Shown piece by piece: positions 1 through 12,087 of a stretch of DNA of 64,000 bases. Under the pieces are notes generated by a model. The model was not told the origin of the DNA, did not search any database, and saw only the letters and a program-made list of their open reading frames with translations. Position numbers and translations under genes: made by a program. Every line of letters begins with the position of its first letter. The first letter of the stretch is position 1. The DNA lies in the NCBI GenBank assembly GCA_043228905.1, contig JBHGNT010000001.1, positions 6,758,001 to 6,822,000 on the forward strand, read 5' to 3'. This stretch comes from Azolla caroliniana. Taxonomy: Eukaryota > Plantae > Polypodiophyta.

Positions 1-306
1 AATAATTTAGCATTTTATATAAATAGTCCAGGATAATTAAGTGACATGACATGAACATGCTCATAGTGCACTAATCTCGTAATATGAAAATCCTTAAAGA
101 CCTTCGATATTAGCCTTACTAAATGCTTCCTGTATTGAATTCGGTTTGGATCTAAAGATCAGATGCACGTAGAAATTGCGTGACAAGTTATTTCAGCTTT
201 TAATGAAATCCTTTAGAAATAAGATGAAAATTTTGTTCTGCATTACGTACATCGACATTATGTAGAAGAATAGAGATGAATCATTTATTAATTAAAGTTT
301 ACATAC

Positions 307-1626
307 CAGTAGGTAATAGTGCCATTTCTTGGATCTGTAATAGATCCATCGCAAAGGAACCATGACTATGAAAAAAAGGCAATAGAGAGAGGGAATGTCT
401 TGAGGCCCTGTAGGTGGAGGCTGTGTTAGAATACTGAAATTTTCCAAGGAATAAATACATACTATAACAGACTAGATAATTGCTTACTAGATCCAAGCAG
501 GAAACAGAACATTCCAAAGCTCAACACTCCAAGAGAATACATCATCTAAAAATCATCAGGCAAAACTAGTGAGCTGACGAGAATAGTTTTTCAAGAAGTA
601 TAACTAAAAGACAATTACAATAAGCATACGTTTCAGTTTATTTTAGAGCTTTGAAAAGAAAATATCCAGAGCTTGACACTCTAAGATTATCTAAAACCAA
701 CAGGTGCATCATGAGCAAACGAATAATGTTCTTAAGAAATTGTGCAGAAATCCAGCCAAACTGGCAAGTTTATCTAGATAATAGATTAAAAAGCACTAAA
801 CTTTTAGACCATCTTAAACAATGCAGACAACACACAGAATACGAATACTAGAGAAATTCAGAGTATTTACCTTGTTAATGAATTGTTCATGTTCATCTGC
901 TTGCTTCACCATTCTAGCAGCATGCTTTTCAAGAACCTTCTTCGTCTCCAGCAGCACAACCTGTCAGAAACGTTTAATGAAAAGGTGTTTATTATAACGC
1001 AACAGGAGTGAAAGGTACTAGAGCAAATACATGTAGAGAAGTAACAAAGGATTTTGCAAGAAGCTAATGAGTGAAAAAAGAAAATTGCAAGAAGGCTAAT
1101 GCGTAAGAAATAGAAATGGAAAAGGAATGCTAATATAGAAGAAAGAAATTTGGAAGAAATCTAATAGATGAAGAAGAATAATGCAAAGAAGGTTAATACT
1201 GAAGAAATAAAATAGAAAGACTATAATACTGAAGAGAGGAATTTGCAAGGAAGATAAATTCAATGAAGAAAGGTATATTTCTTAAGAAAGATAATTTGCA
1301 AACAAACCAAGAATGGGAGAAAGAAATTGCAAGAAAGTCCACAACAGAAGAACGAGAAGAAAGTTAATGATATAGGAAAAGAAATTACAAGGAAGCTAAT
1401 AATAAAGAAAGAAAATTTGAACGAAATAATACAATTTGTTCTTCACAACTTTGGAGTTCAAAATGGATTTCACTTCATATTCCGGGCCTTCATCAAGCTA
1501 ATACGAAAGAAAATCTCAAGAAAGAATATTTGAAAGAAAGAGGATAGTATTGAAGAAAGTTGTTAGATATCTTACTTTTGGAGGGTGTCTCAGATGTATA
1601 TGTTCAGATCCATATCTTGGCGCCAT
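307..1626 (-). CDS. GPCAT: Glycerophosphocholine acyltransferase (GPCAT / yeast Gpc1 family), 5' exons only; gene continues beyond the window start
   Basis: Four GT-AG exons join in frame: 1626-1576 ([17 protein letters not shown]), 960-871 ([30 protein letters not shown]), 545-488 ([19 protein letters not shown]) and 407-307 ([34 protein letters not shown]). The motifs KQA.EHE.FINK, GV..FG.FCFLLG.RPQDIP and [16 protein letters not shown] match plant GPCAT as I recall it. The first exon is the least certain. Confidence 0.9.
1050..1560. repeat. Degenerate purine-rich minisatellite in GPCAT intron 1
   Basis: Recurrent GAAAGAAAATTGCAAGAA(G)GCTAAT-like units of about 30-35 bp. Confidence 0.55.
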
Positions 1627-1659
1627 GCGTTAACAGATCTGATTTGAGAGTCCGAGAGA

Positions 1660-1960
1660 AGTAATTCTGATCCAGAAAAGAGAGCAATGGCGTGTTCTGT
1701 TGTTGACAGAAGAAGAAGAAGAAGAAGAAGAAGAAGAAGAAGAAGACGATCACAGGAATAAATCTGATCCAGGAAAGGGAACAATGGCGAGCTTTGTTGT
1801 TGACAGAAGAAGATTATCAGAGAGAAGTAAATCTAATTCAAGGAGAGGAAGCAATGGCGAGGTTTGTTACTGACAGGAGAAGAAGATGTAGATGGAGAGA
1901 AAGCAATGGCGAGCTTCGATGTTCAAGAAGAAGAAGAAGAAGAAGAAGAAGAAAAAGAAG
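1660..1960. repeat. (AGA)n microsatellites embedded in 3-4 degenerate copies of an ATCTGATCCAG..GCAATGGCG..GTTGTTGACAGAAGA unit (GPCAT 5' leader)
   Basis: CAATGGCG recurs at about 1685, 1782, 1852 and 1903. (AGA)n runs lie at 1708-1746 and 1925-1955. Confidence 0.75.
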
Positions 1961-2040
1961 TAGGTGACTTTTTCGAAGGCGAGAGAGAGAAAGAGCCGAA
2001 GAGAAATATGCGGGTCGGACAAAATATAGATTTGTCTTGC

Positions 2041-2279
2041 GACGTAGCGCTGACGTGGCCCCGTCGGAGCGGGGCCCTGCCAATGAATGCTTGCCACGTC
2101 AAGCTCATCGACCCCCCAATTTGTGGAGCACAGCGGGCCCCACCTGACGTGGCATTAAAATCGCCCCACCCAAACATGACTTTGGGGGTTGCCTTGCCAC
2201 GTCAGAAACGTATGAAAAATTTATTGATTCGGATGAGGCTGCTTGCATTTCCTTGGACCAATGAAATGTTGCCATGTCA
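2041..2279. promoter_or_regulatory. GC-rich cluster of bZIP sites (4x TGACGTGGC in either orientation) plus CCAAT-N9-CCACG (ERSE-I) upstream of GPCAT
   Basis: TGACGTGGC at 2051 and 2145, GCCACGTCA at 2093 and 2196. CCAAT(2080-2084)-N9-CCACG(2094-2098), and CCAAT(2258)-N9-CCATG(2272). The motifs are seen directly; their function is inferred. Confidence 0.5.
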
Positions 2280-3539
2280 GCCACGGCACACGCATCGCCC
2301 CCCGGGAGCCTTCCACATCACCCGCAAATCTCATGAAATGATGTGCGAGATTAGCTTTTTGCCAAAGCACGCATGCACTTCAAATAGGCCAATGCACTCG
2401 TTTGCACATGAGCAAGCTTTTTCGGATGCCTAGGTTTAGGCCATGCTTCACGCCAGCACATGGATGGCCTTTTCCATGGGGCGGAAACCAAAAGCCAAAG
2501 TGTCTCTCAAGAATGAAGGAAAATAAGAGTGGGAAAGGGTATTAAGTTGGGAAACAGGAGGAATGGATTCATGATGGGACAATGGATAGTATAAGACAAA
2601 ACACTCTTTCAAGAGGTTATCCCAGAGAAAGAGTACAGCCCACTTTGCACCTTTTCTTTAAGACATGGCCGCCTCCAAATCCTTGGATGTCGCCTCAGAA
2701 ACTATTTACATATATAGTTGGTACCCATCCTTTTTATGTTGTCAAGCTTCTAATGCATTCCCATCCTTGAGGTTTCCTTCCGACAATTTCTCATTTGCTC
2801 ACACCTATTTAGCTTCAAGTTTAAAATATATAAGTGTGGTTTCCGCTTTTTTTGCGCTTTATGTAACTTGTTTTTGTGCAACAATGCTTAAATTCGAAAT
2901 ACATTGCTCATGTTTTTTGTGACGGTTGCAAAAATGTGAGGTTAGTATAAAATTCCCAATGTTATGTAAACACTATAATTAGTAGTTCGGTCTATAAATT
3001 TGATGGCAATACCATAGAAAATATTTAAGACTTGGATTCAAAGTAGAAAAGTCAGCATTGAGAATGTTTGGTGGAATCCAAATCTATCTATTGGCTTCAA
3101 TTTTAAGGCATACTTGCTAGTGCCAAATTTAAGACATTTTTTGCTATTGGTTGGGCCTGATTTTCTGGATATAACTTGTTTGACATTGTTTACTAATAAT
3201 TTTGTAAACTTGTGCCAAATTTATTTATGACTTGTAGTTTGTGTGCCACATAAGCATGGACTCATAGAAACCAATCCTTATATTGAATCATGATGGCCTA
3301 TGGGACAAAAAGTTGTAAACCTAAGGTTTTGTTTAAGTTAGCTCAATAAAGTAAATTCCAAAGTTATGTAGAATATTTCACATGTTGTAAATGAGAAATA
3401 CTCCAAATGGCATCAATGGTGTCTCCTAAGTTTTTTTTTTTTTCCAATAACAAAACTCCTTCCATTAGTTATAAATTTTTTACTGTTGAGAATTTTATAT
3501 ACAAATCTCAGAAGGGACTCAATAGTTCCATCTTATGTT

Positions 3540-6500
3540 TTTTTTCCCAAAAAAACACTACTTCGCATTAGTTAGCAAACAAATCACATCATAGATCACC
3601 AAAAATTCCTCTCATCAACCCTCACTCTGGCCTTCCCACCAAAGTGGACATAGTCCCCACCTCATTTTAACTCCTATAACCTAGTAATTTGTACCATATC
3701 TATACATATTTACAACACCTAGTCACTGATGGAAACCATTGGGGGAAACAACCATCGGGGTGCTTGGTAGTTCCATTGAGGCCCTGATGATGATCTACCC
3801 ACCATAGGAGAACTACCCCATTTCAGCAAGAACTTTGATCGAGTTCTTTCAGTTGCATCGGATTCCCCCTTAATCGAGTCGTATCGTACCCGCAGGCAAG
3901 ATACCAACTCAAACCAGATATTTAATAACACCTCACCACTAGGGATCTTTTGTTGTTGAAAAACAAACTTACAACGCCTGGTCCAAATGTGCCAGACCAA
4001 TAAACAAGCCACCATCATCCATATCTCTTCAAAAAATTCTGAGTTAGTGCCAGGTCGAACTCCAACCCGTTGAAACACCTTGCCACCTTGCACTATAAAT
4101 CCATGATCGTGGGGGTTTAACTGTTTAGCCCAACCTTCCCCTGTTACAACTTCAGCCCCTGTATGGACCCCCATACAACTCTCCCATTCATGCCACATGC
4201 TGCCACTATCCTAAGACTTCTACCCCAAATGTTAATAGCCTCTTTGCAATTCCAAAAACAATGAGGAATTGATTCCAAAGGGTGTCCACAAATCTTGCAA
4301 CCAACCTAACCACCACGACACCTAAGCCACTCCCCCACCGATACCGCTTTGTGACTAAGAAGCCACAACCAAAGCTTTATTTTTTCTAGCATATCGAACG
4401 CCCATAGCCTCCTCCAAAACGACTTCAACAAGTCATCATAAATGCCTTTATCCTTCCAACTATTGCGAGTTAGAGCAGCACCCATCGATTTGGAGCCAAT
4501 GATTTGCCTTCCTAGATTAGTAGTGTACTCGAAAAACCATTCCAGTTTGTCCGTTCCTGGTTTTTGCCACCACACCTCTAGTGGATCCCAATCCAAATCA
4601 CATATGGACTTGTTGTCAACTATCCAAAGCTTACAATAAGGTTCCAGCTTCCCTGGGTCCGGGTTTACTTGCCACTTCTTACCTTCCAACACTACCACTT
4701 GCACTGCCAACCACTGGCCATTGTCTACCACAGCGCTTAGGTTGCCCCACAAACGATACTCATTAGATGGGCACCTGCCTCGGATAATTTGTGCATCGCC
4801 CTCACCTACAAACCACCCAAACCAGACCCCCTCTTCTCCATTCAACCTAGCTAGACCATCAATAGCCTTATCTATCAAACAGGTCACCTTTTCCAGCCTG
4901 CTAGTAAACCTAGGACTACCAACCAGACCTCCCTTCTTTTCCTTTTGAAATCCTCACAGTCTCTTACTGAAGTAACATTGTACCCTACCATTTGCCCCCA
5001 TGGCAAGTATTTTTTCTGGCCAAGCATCATACTGTCATCATTTCTAATCCTGGGGTTCCAATACAATGGTTGACGGAGTTGTTCCTCCATCGTTTTTGGT
5101 TGCATTAAGACCAACCCCTCTCTTAAACTTGACCAGGCCCTCTTATGGTGCGGGCCACCCTATCCTCCATGCTAGTAGGTTCTTTTAACTTTAGGCCTGG
5201 CTTGAACAACCACCACTTCTTTGCCTTCCAAGGGCCGCCATTCCTCGGACACTAGAGTTCAGTTCTGTCTCTAAGAAGCTATTTCCACAATTCTAGTCCA
5301 AGTTGGAGACTTCACACCAGGAGCTTACCGAGTAAAGCCTTTGGTGAACCGAATCCACCATCCCTAGTCCACCTTGATTTTTTGCCTTGATCAAACAACT
5401 CCATGCCACTTTAGCTGACGCTGTCTCATGGTCTCTACCCAACCAAAGGAACCCTCTCACCATTGTCGTAATATTTTTGATGCAATCTTTATCTAACATC
5501 CAACATGCCAACGAGTGCCACATGGTGGCCAACAAAATGTGGTTTACCACAACCACTCTACCTGCAAGGGAAAGCTTTATTGATGCCCATAACCAAAGCT
5601 TTTTTCTGATTTTGTCTTTCACTTGCTCAAGCTGCTGATTTTTCTAAATCTCTACTCCCACCAAAAAGCCCAAATATTTAACAATCCTTCCATTAGGGAC
5701 CCATTGAAAATCAACATTAGGTTGCCACAGCGGCCATGAGTTTGGACTTACCCAAAACCCTCTACTTTTGTTCCAATTAATTTTCCCACCTGATGCTTTA
5801 CAAAACAACTCAATCTGTTTTTCAGCCTGTTGTAAATTAACATCATTGCCTTGTAGATAGAGCATAGTGTCATCTGCATACATGGAGTCCAACAAGTCCT
5901 TGCAAGCATGTGGGACAACCAATCCCCGAATTCCTGCATCCGGTCTATTTAAAAAGAAAGAGAATGCCTCTGAAATAAATAAATAAAGATAGGGGGCCAA
6001 CGGGCACCCCTACCTGATAGACTTGCATAATGGAATTGATGGGCTCCGTTGCCCTAATACCAACACCCTACTCCAACTTCCTTTGTAAAGGGCCAACACA
6101 GTTGATATCCATTTTGAGGGTAGTTCCAGCCGCTCCATGACTTTGTCTAAAAAAGGCCACTATACTCTGTCATATGCCTTCTCGAAGTCAAGCATGAGAC
6201 ATGCAATATGTTGATTGGTTTTCTTTGCCAGGGCAATCACCTCCCAAAAGGTCAATACATTATCAATTATACATCTATTTTCCATGAATCTTGTTCGTCC
6301 AACATTAATTAGCGCATGCAGGTGGGGTTTGACCCTCTTTGCTAGAATATTAGCAAAAATCTTATAGATTGTGTTGAGCAACGTAATCGGTCTCCATTGC
6401 CTCACATCCGTTACTATACCCTTTACCTTAGGAATTAGAAATATTAGTCCCTCTTTAAAATGCTCAGGAAGGTACCCATCATCCCATGCCTCATTTAGTC

Positions 6501-6758
6501 CAGCAACTAGGTCAACCTTAATTACTTCCCAAAAATTTTCAAAAAAATCTTTTGATAATCCATCGACGCTTGGGCAAGACGTATTACATATACTTGCTAG
6601 ATCGTCTGACACCTCTTCCAAGAGTGGCCTTGACAACTTAACTTGTGCAACCTCTGAAATTCTTGGTTGCATTCCCTCCGGTACAAATTTTGCCAGTGAA
6701 GGTTGGTCTAGGAGACTATAACTATTTGAGAGTTGCCCACTATAGTGAGATGTGATTG
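3540..6758 (-). mobile_element. 5'-truncated, frameshifted non-LTR (LINE, L1/Tx1-like) retrotransposon ORF2
   Basis: ORF fragments carry RT motifs: PSVDGLSKDFF..FWEVIK, WRPITLLNTIYKI, LDFEKAYDRV, YADDT, KINWNKS, KYLG, LSLAGRVVVVN, KVAW, GGLG, then a zf-RVT-like KIKLWLWLLSHKAV..CRGG and WHIWTRRC. The poly(A) tail reads as a T-run at about 3538-3545. Possible TSD ATCTTATGTT at 3530-3539 and 6759-6768. Confidence 0.9.
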
Positions 6759-7299
6759 ATCTTATGTTATTTTTATCACACATGTATGTTTTTATATTTA
6801 AATATTGCCTTTGAGGCATTGTTGCCATTTATACTCATTGCCAAGGTGAAAATGTGTTGGCCTCAACATTTTAAAGCCATTTCCAATTAGCGCACATGTA
6901 AAACTATCACATTTTTATAACAAGAAGTTCCAAGCCATGTCACATTGTTTTATTTAAAAGAGAGGGGTTCGAGGCCATGAATACGAGTCCAAAATTGAAT
7001 CATAACTTTTATCCAACAAAGCAATTTTAGTTTTACAACATCAAAGCATTTAGTTATTTGTTGCACAGGACACAATTCACATACATACTTAAAAGGCGTT
7101 GTCTACTCTACATAGAAAGGTTAAATGCTTGAACTATCAAGAATACCAAAGAATGTTAATGCATAATAATATAATGGGCGCAAAGATAATGTATTTTGCA
7201 ATAAAATTCACCTTTCTAATATTCAAATGCAATTTGGACTTTCTACAAATAAGTTGATAGGTTTATTTACTCCATTGGATGTTTTGATTGGAGTAAAGG

Positions 7300-8280
7300 C
7301 TTGTATTGGGGAATGCTTTTATGATATTTGATGTACATAATGATGGTAGGGTAACTTTCATACATACAAAAACAAATTTGTTTAGTTTTTGTTTGCATAA
7401 AGAAGCGAGGGTGAAAGCAAATGATGGACCAAATTGGGACTTAGATACGGATCCACAAAAGATGAATATTTTTTGGAGTTGGATTATGGAAATGAGAAAA
7501 ATATCTCAATTAACTTGGGATCTTGGATAATCGTATTAAAAAGTGTCGGTTCATGCTCATATAAAACAAGTGCCTTTTTTTCAGTATTCTATGAAGATTG
7601 ATGAGAAAATATTAGGTGATAGATCATGGAAGGAAACGGCCACACATGTTTTTTGGAGACGGAATAGACTTTCTCCACAACAACTCAAGCAATTTTAACA
7701 ATGGTTGTGCAATATAAAAATGAGTAGGAAAATTGTTTGCTTTCGATGGTTCTTGGTTCATATAGCTACACCAATTCATATTTAGCAAAAAGGGGTGATG
7801 CAACCAATGTGTGCCCTTTATGTACAAATTTAGTGGAGACTATTGATATTGTCTGTGGAGCTGTGACTTTGCTATGGAAATATGGAAAGGAATCGTAACA
7901 TTGTTGATACCAATATATCCTCAAGTGATGTATACATGGGGGTCGGTATTAAGGGCGGTGGTACAAGATAAATCAATGGATATGAAAAAGAGGATATTGC
8001 AAATGCACTTACTATGAAACATGGTCTGATGAAAAAAACAATTATATATGTGAATCCACAAATAGAAATTGATAAATTTGAAATATGGCAATTGGTAAGT
8101 AGTATCATAATTTGATATATTTGGAAGGCTAGATATTTGAAGATATTCTAAAATGTGATTGAAATACCTTGCAAGATACTTCTTGGGATTTGAACCAAGG
8201 TTGTGCATAATCTCGAAGGTTCTTTGGATAACATAAAACTTAAAAGGTCATACACAACGCCAACGATTAGAGTTTCATGC
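7300..8280 (+). mobile_element. Highly decayed LINE 3' fragment (zf-RVT region)
   Basis: Broken frames give WLCNIKMSRKIVCFRWFLVH, CPLCTNLVETID and WQLVSSII..YIWKARYLKIF, typical of the LINE ORF2 C-terminus. Many stops. Confidence 0.55.
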
Positions 8281-8282
8281 CA

Positions 8283-8460
8283 TAGGGGACAATAGGAATC
8301 GGCAACGGTTCGGTTTAGGTTTAACTAGTTTGGCCTTATCCAAGCCAAACCAGTTAAGCCTAAACCATTTTGGGGTTCTCAAACCTGAACCAAACCAAAC
8401 CAAACCAATCCCTAAATTGGTTTAGGCTAAAACCGGTTTGGCCTAATTAAGAACTGGTTT
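8283..8460. mobile_element. Probable terminus of a hAT-like non-autonomous DNA transposon
   Basis: Starts TAGGGG, followed by dense GGTTCGGTTT/AAACC subterminal motifs and an imperfect 25-bp-arm hairpin (8312-8366). The partner end was not found. Confidence 0.4.
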
Positions 8461-8829
8461 GGGACAAAAAAGCTTCAGAGGTGTGAAGAAACCCAAAAAC
8501 ACCAATACCACTTCTACTCTTCTTCTCCTCCTCATAACTCCTACCCCCTTGGCATGTCCCCCATTCCCATCCTTAGGAACCGGTTTGGGACGAAAAAGCT
8601 TTAGAGGTGTGAAGAAACCCAAAAAACACCATTAACACTTCTACTCTTCTTCTTCTCCTCGTAACACCCACCCCCTTGGCATATCCCCCATTCCCATCCT
8701 TAGGAACCGGTTTGGGACGAAAAAGCTTTAGAGGTGTGAAGAAACCCAAAAAACATCACCAACACTTCTACTCTTCTTCTTCTCCTCGTAACTCCCATCC
8801 CCTTGGCATATCTCCCATCCCCATCCTTC
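8451..8829. repeat. Tandem repeat, 3 copies of about 126-127 bp
   Basis: Units start GAAC(T/C)GGTTTGGGAC at 8451, 8577 and 8704. Confidence 0.9.
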
Positions 8830-9637
8830 TCCAAATTTGACATGCGCCCCCACCCCCATCCTCCTCATCTTCCTTTGTAGCTTGCTACCGGCCGACCCTT
8901 TCCGGATCTCAATATGTCCATTCTCGATTGCTATTGCCCATCCCTCGACCACCTTCCAGTCGAGCTCGCCGCGTCCTAGGTCCTAGGTCAAACTGGAGAG
9001 AGAATTTGGAACTAAAATTTCACCTATATGTATAGAAAGAATGTATATAATAGCAAGGAAGAGGTACACTATGCAAGCTCCCTCTTCATCTTTGTCCCTC
9101 CCTCTCTCGTCACTCAACAGTCTATAGCCTATGGCTTCCTATCAGTCTCTCTCTCAACTTCCTAATTCTAACTTCTAACTTCTCACTGTCTAATTTCTAA
9201 CTTTGATTTGATGATTTAAAGAAAAAGGTTAAAAACTCGTCACATCGACTTGTGAGGATGGCATGGGAAGCAAGTCAAAAGATTCAATATAGATGAAAGT
9301 AATTTTTGAGTTCTAGATGTATCGAAGACATTTGATGCGATGGCTTGAAAAGTCGGATGCACCGCATTTGCATCACGATGATCTATAGATTCCTTTGTGA
9401 ATGAGGCTTTTTTTGCGATGCCAATATATCATCACAACTTGGGAAATACGGGGAAGATCATATGTTTCACCAAACTACAAAACCATCTCTTTTAGGAACG
9501 AGGAAACTGCACTCATCGATACATGCTAGATCCCCCATTCCTTGGTCTCCGATTCACATCATAGCTTCAATACGACTCAACTCACATTCTCTCTATGTAA
9601 GAAGGGTTGTTGGGCCAAAGGGGAGAAGATTTTTTCA

Positions 9638-10102
9638 TGTAAAGAATCGGGTATGATTCTTGTGTAGCGGAAGATATGTGTGTTATGCGTATGTGTGAGA
9701 GGAAAGAGAGAAGAGAAGAGAAACACAAGATAGATTAGATAGAATGGGAACACAATGAAGTACTCAAGAAGAAGATGTATATTCACAAGTAAAGTAAGAG
9801 ATACAAAAATGTAGCATTACAAGGAGTCACAATCGACTTGGTATGAGGTATAAGGAGGGTGCTTTATATATAGTCACCCTCTCTATTCATTAACTAACTA
9901 CAACAACCACTCCCTCTTGGGGAACGTGAAGACTCATTATCATGGGGAATATGTAACTCATTAGTTATGTGTCATAGAAAATGATTCTATGACACATAGT
10001 TAATGTGTAGAGAGTAGTGGGTTGACTCTTGACCTTTGAGTAATCATAGATTCTCAAAAGGTGTGTTCACACATTGCACCATGTTGAGCTTGATTCTTAA
10101 CA
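9638..10102 (-). mobile_element. Solo LTR (465 bp) with 5-bp TSD
   Basis: Inverted termini TGTAAAGAATC...GATTCTTAACA. TSD TTTCA at 9633-9637 and 10103-10107. TATA-like motif at about 9865; orientation is inferred. Confidence 0.85.
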
Positions 10103-10512
10103 TTTCACAATGCATATTTTATCACAAACAAGCATGAGAGTCAAAGTATCATACTTTGACGTAATGCATTACATTCTACCACATTTGAGTTTGCTTTCCA
10201 CACATCATCGATCTGGTTGATTGCCTACACACATACTTCTCACAATCACCATGTGTTCATCAATAAAATTCTTGAATATGGAGAGGCATTACTCAAATCC
10301 ACACATATTATGTAAAAACGTTTTAGATTTGGTTCCATAGGTCATATTTGACCTTTCAGGACAAAAAAAAATCTCCCTTTCTGTCACACACATTTGGATA
10401 GCATGAATCCACCCATACTTGTAAAGTTGTAACCATGATTTGTCTTATATTACAACTTTAGTCCCTAATAGATGTTTTTATTTTTGTTTCTCTTCCTTGT
10501 CTACTTGTTGGC

Positions 10513-10722
10513 TGTTACGGGCATGACCATTTAATATCCCGTGGTGAGAATTTACCGTAGTATTCTATACACGTGGATAAGTGTGAGGGTTAAACGAGAG
10601 TGTAAAGAAGGGGAGGATTACTTTTAATCCTCGGGATTGAGACAATCCTCACACTTATCCACGTGTATAGAATACTACGGTAAATTCTCACCACGGGATA
10701 TTAAATGGTCATGCCCGTAACA
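10513..10722. mobile_element. LTR-derived fold-back (hairpin) element with 76-bp perfect inverted arms and 5-bp TSD
   Basis: Arms 10513-10588 and 10647-10722 are exact reverse complements with TG...CA ends. TSD TTGGC at 10508-10512 and 10723-10727. The first 135 bp or so align with the left end of the solo LTR at 31309. Confidence 0.9.
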
Positions 10723-11305
10723 TTGGCCATGCGCTTGTATTTGCTGAATTCAGTGAAGGTTTAGACATGGCATTATTCCTAGCTCTTATTGCAATCGTGG
10801 TCATAGTAATTTGCTTTTTTGCACCCATTCATGTGTCTCTTTCTCCATTCGGATAATGTGCGCAAACGTATGAATCTTTTTTACCTCAATGTGGGTATTC
10901 ACATAAGTTGCCAAGTGAGGCGGTGAAGACAATGTCCAACAATGTTTTGTTATCACTTGGGGGTGGATCATTGTTGTCAGACTCTAACACATGCATGGTC
11001 ATGGTTGGTTTAGAGGATTTGTTATTTGTTGACCAATGTTTGGTCTTCAAACAAAACTCTTAGAGTGGGTGTGACCTCAAGCCATCCACTTCATTCGGTG
11101 ATCACCCTCAAGACATGCCAAATAGTACACCTCTTAGTTCAAACGTCTCTTTCTTGACCCCTCGATGTCACAGTTACATTAGTTACCGTGGTAAGTCTCA
11201 GTCCATCAAATGTAACATTGCAATGTAGACAAGGTCCAAGTATAACTCCTAAAATATCTCCTTGTCACACATGGATCAAAGTACAGTGGTTTGTGACCAA
11301 AGACC

Positions 11306-12087
11306 TGTTGTCCATAGGCCAGAAATGTAATTACAAAATATGTAAACTCGCCGGTAGGTAGAAAAGTAGGTGAGGAAATAGGTAGAACTAAAATAGTCGA
11401 GTTTTGAGCCCCTCACAATCAGCCGACGGCTCGACTCTGTGTAAAGAAGAAAACTATATAAGTTGAGACCTACATACCTCGACAGAGAGGGAGATATTCC
11501 TAGATTATTAGCAGGATTAGTATAGTAGCGCTTAGCTCTGCACAAGACTGTTTCCAGCTGAGAGCCATGTACTGTATTCATTGTGAGCTTTCTCATTTAA
11601 TATAAATCTTGCTCTTATTGTTCCTTCATCTATGTGTTCTCCCCGTACTCGTAATCCTAGCTACGTCTATGTCTACCGAGTTGTAGCCAGTGTACGCTCC
11701 CCGTTCCCCTAACGTCTTCTCGGTGTAGAAGAAGCCTTCACGTAACACGACCCCTTGATACCGATAGCCTGTGGGCACCAGATTATTATCAGGATTAGTA
11801 TAGTAGCGCTCAGCTCTACACCAGAATGTTTTCGGCCGAGAGCCATGTATTGTATTCATTGTGAGCTTTCTCATTTAATATAAATCTTGCTCTTATTGTT
11901 CCTTCATTTGTGTGTTCTCCCCGTACTCGTAAACCTAGCTACGTCTACGTCTACCGGGTTGTAGCCAGTGTACGCTCCCCGTTCCCCTAACGTCTTCTCG
12001 GTGTAGAAGAAGCCTTCACGTAACACGACCCCTTGATACTGATAGCCTGTGGGCTCATCGAAGGTGTTTCCTCCAAAATGGTTAACA
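11306..12087 (+). mobile_element. Solo LTR (782 bp) with internal 278-bp tandem duplication and 5-bp TSD
   Basis: TGTTG...TTAACA ends. TSD AGACC at 11301-11305 and 12088-12092. TATATAA at about 11456. Duplicated units start at 11503 and 11781. Confidence 0.85.

Noticed and set aside
1864-2433. 189-aa plus-strand ORF with poly-Glu
   Set aside because: TTG start; it is a read-through of the (GAA)n microsatellite and GC-rich promoter-like DNA, with no domain.
10135-10255. Diverged similarity to 52697-52810
   Set aside because: It indicates an old dispersed repeat, but no protein family could be read from it, so it is not annotated.
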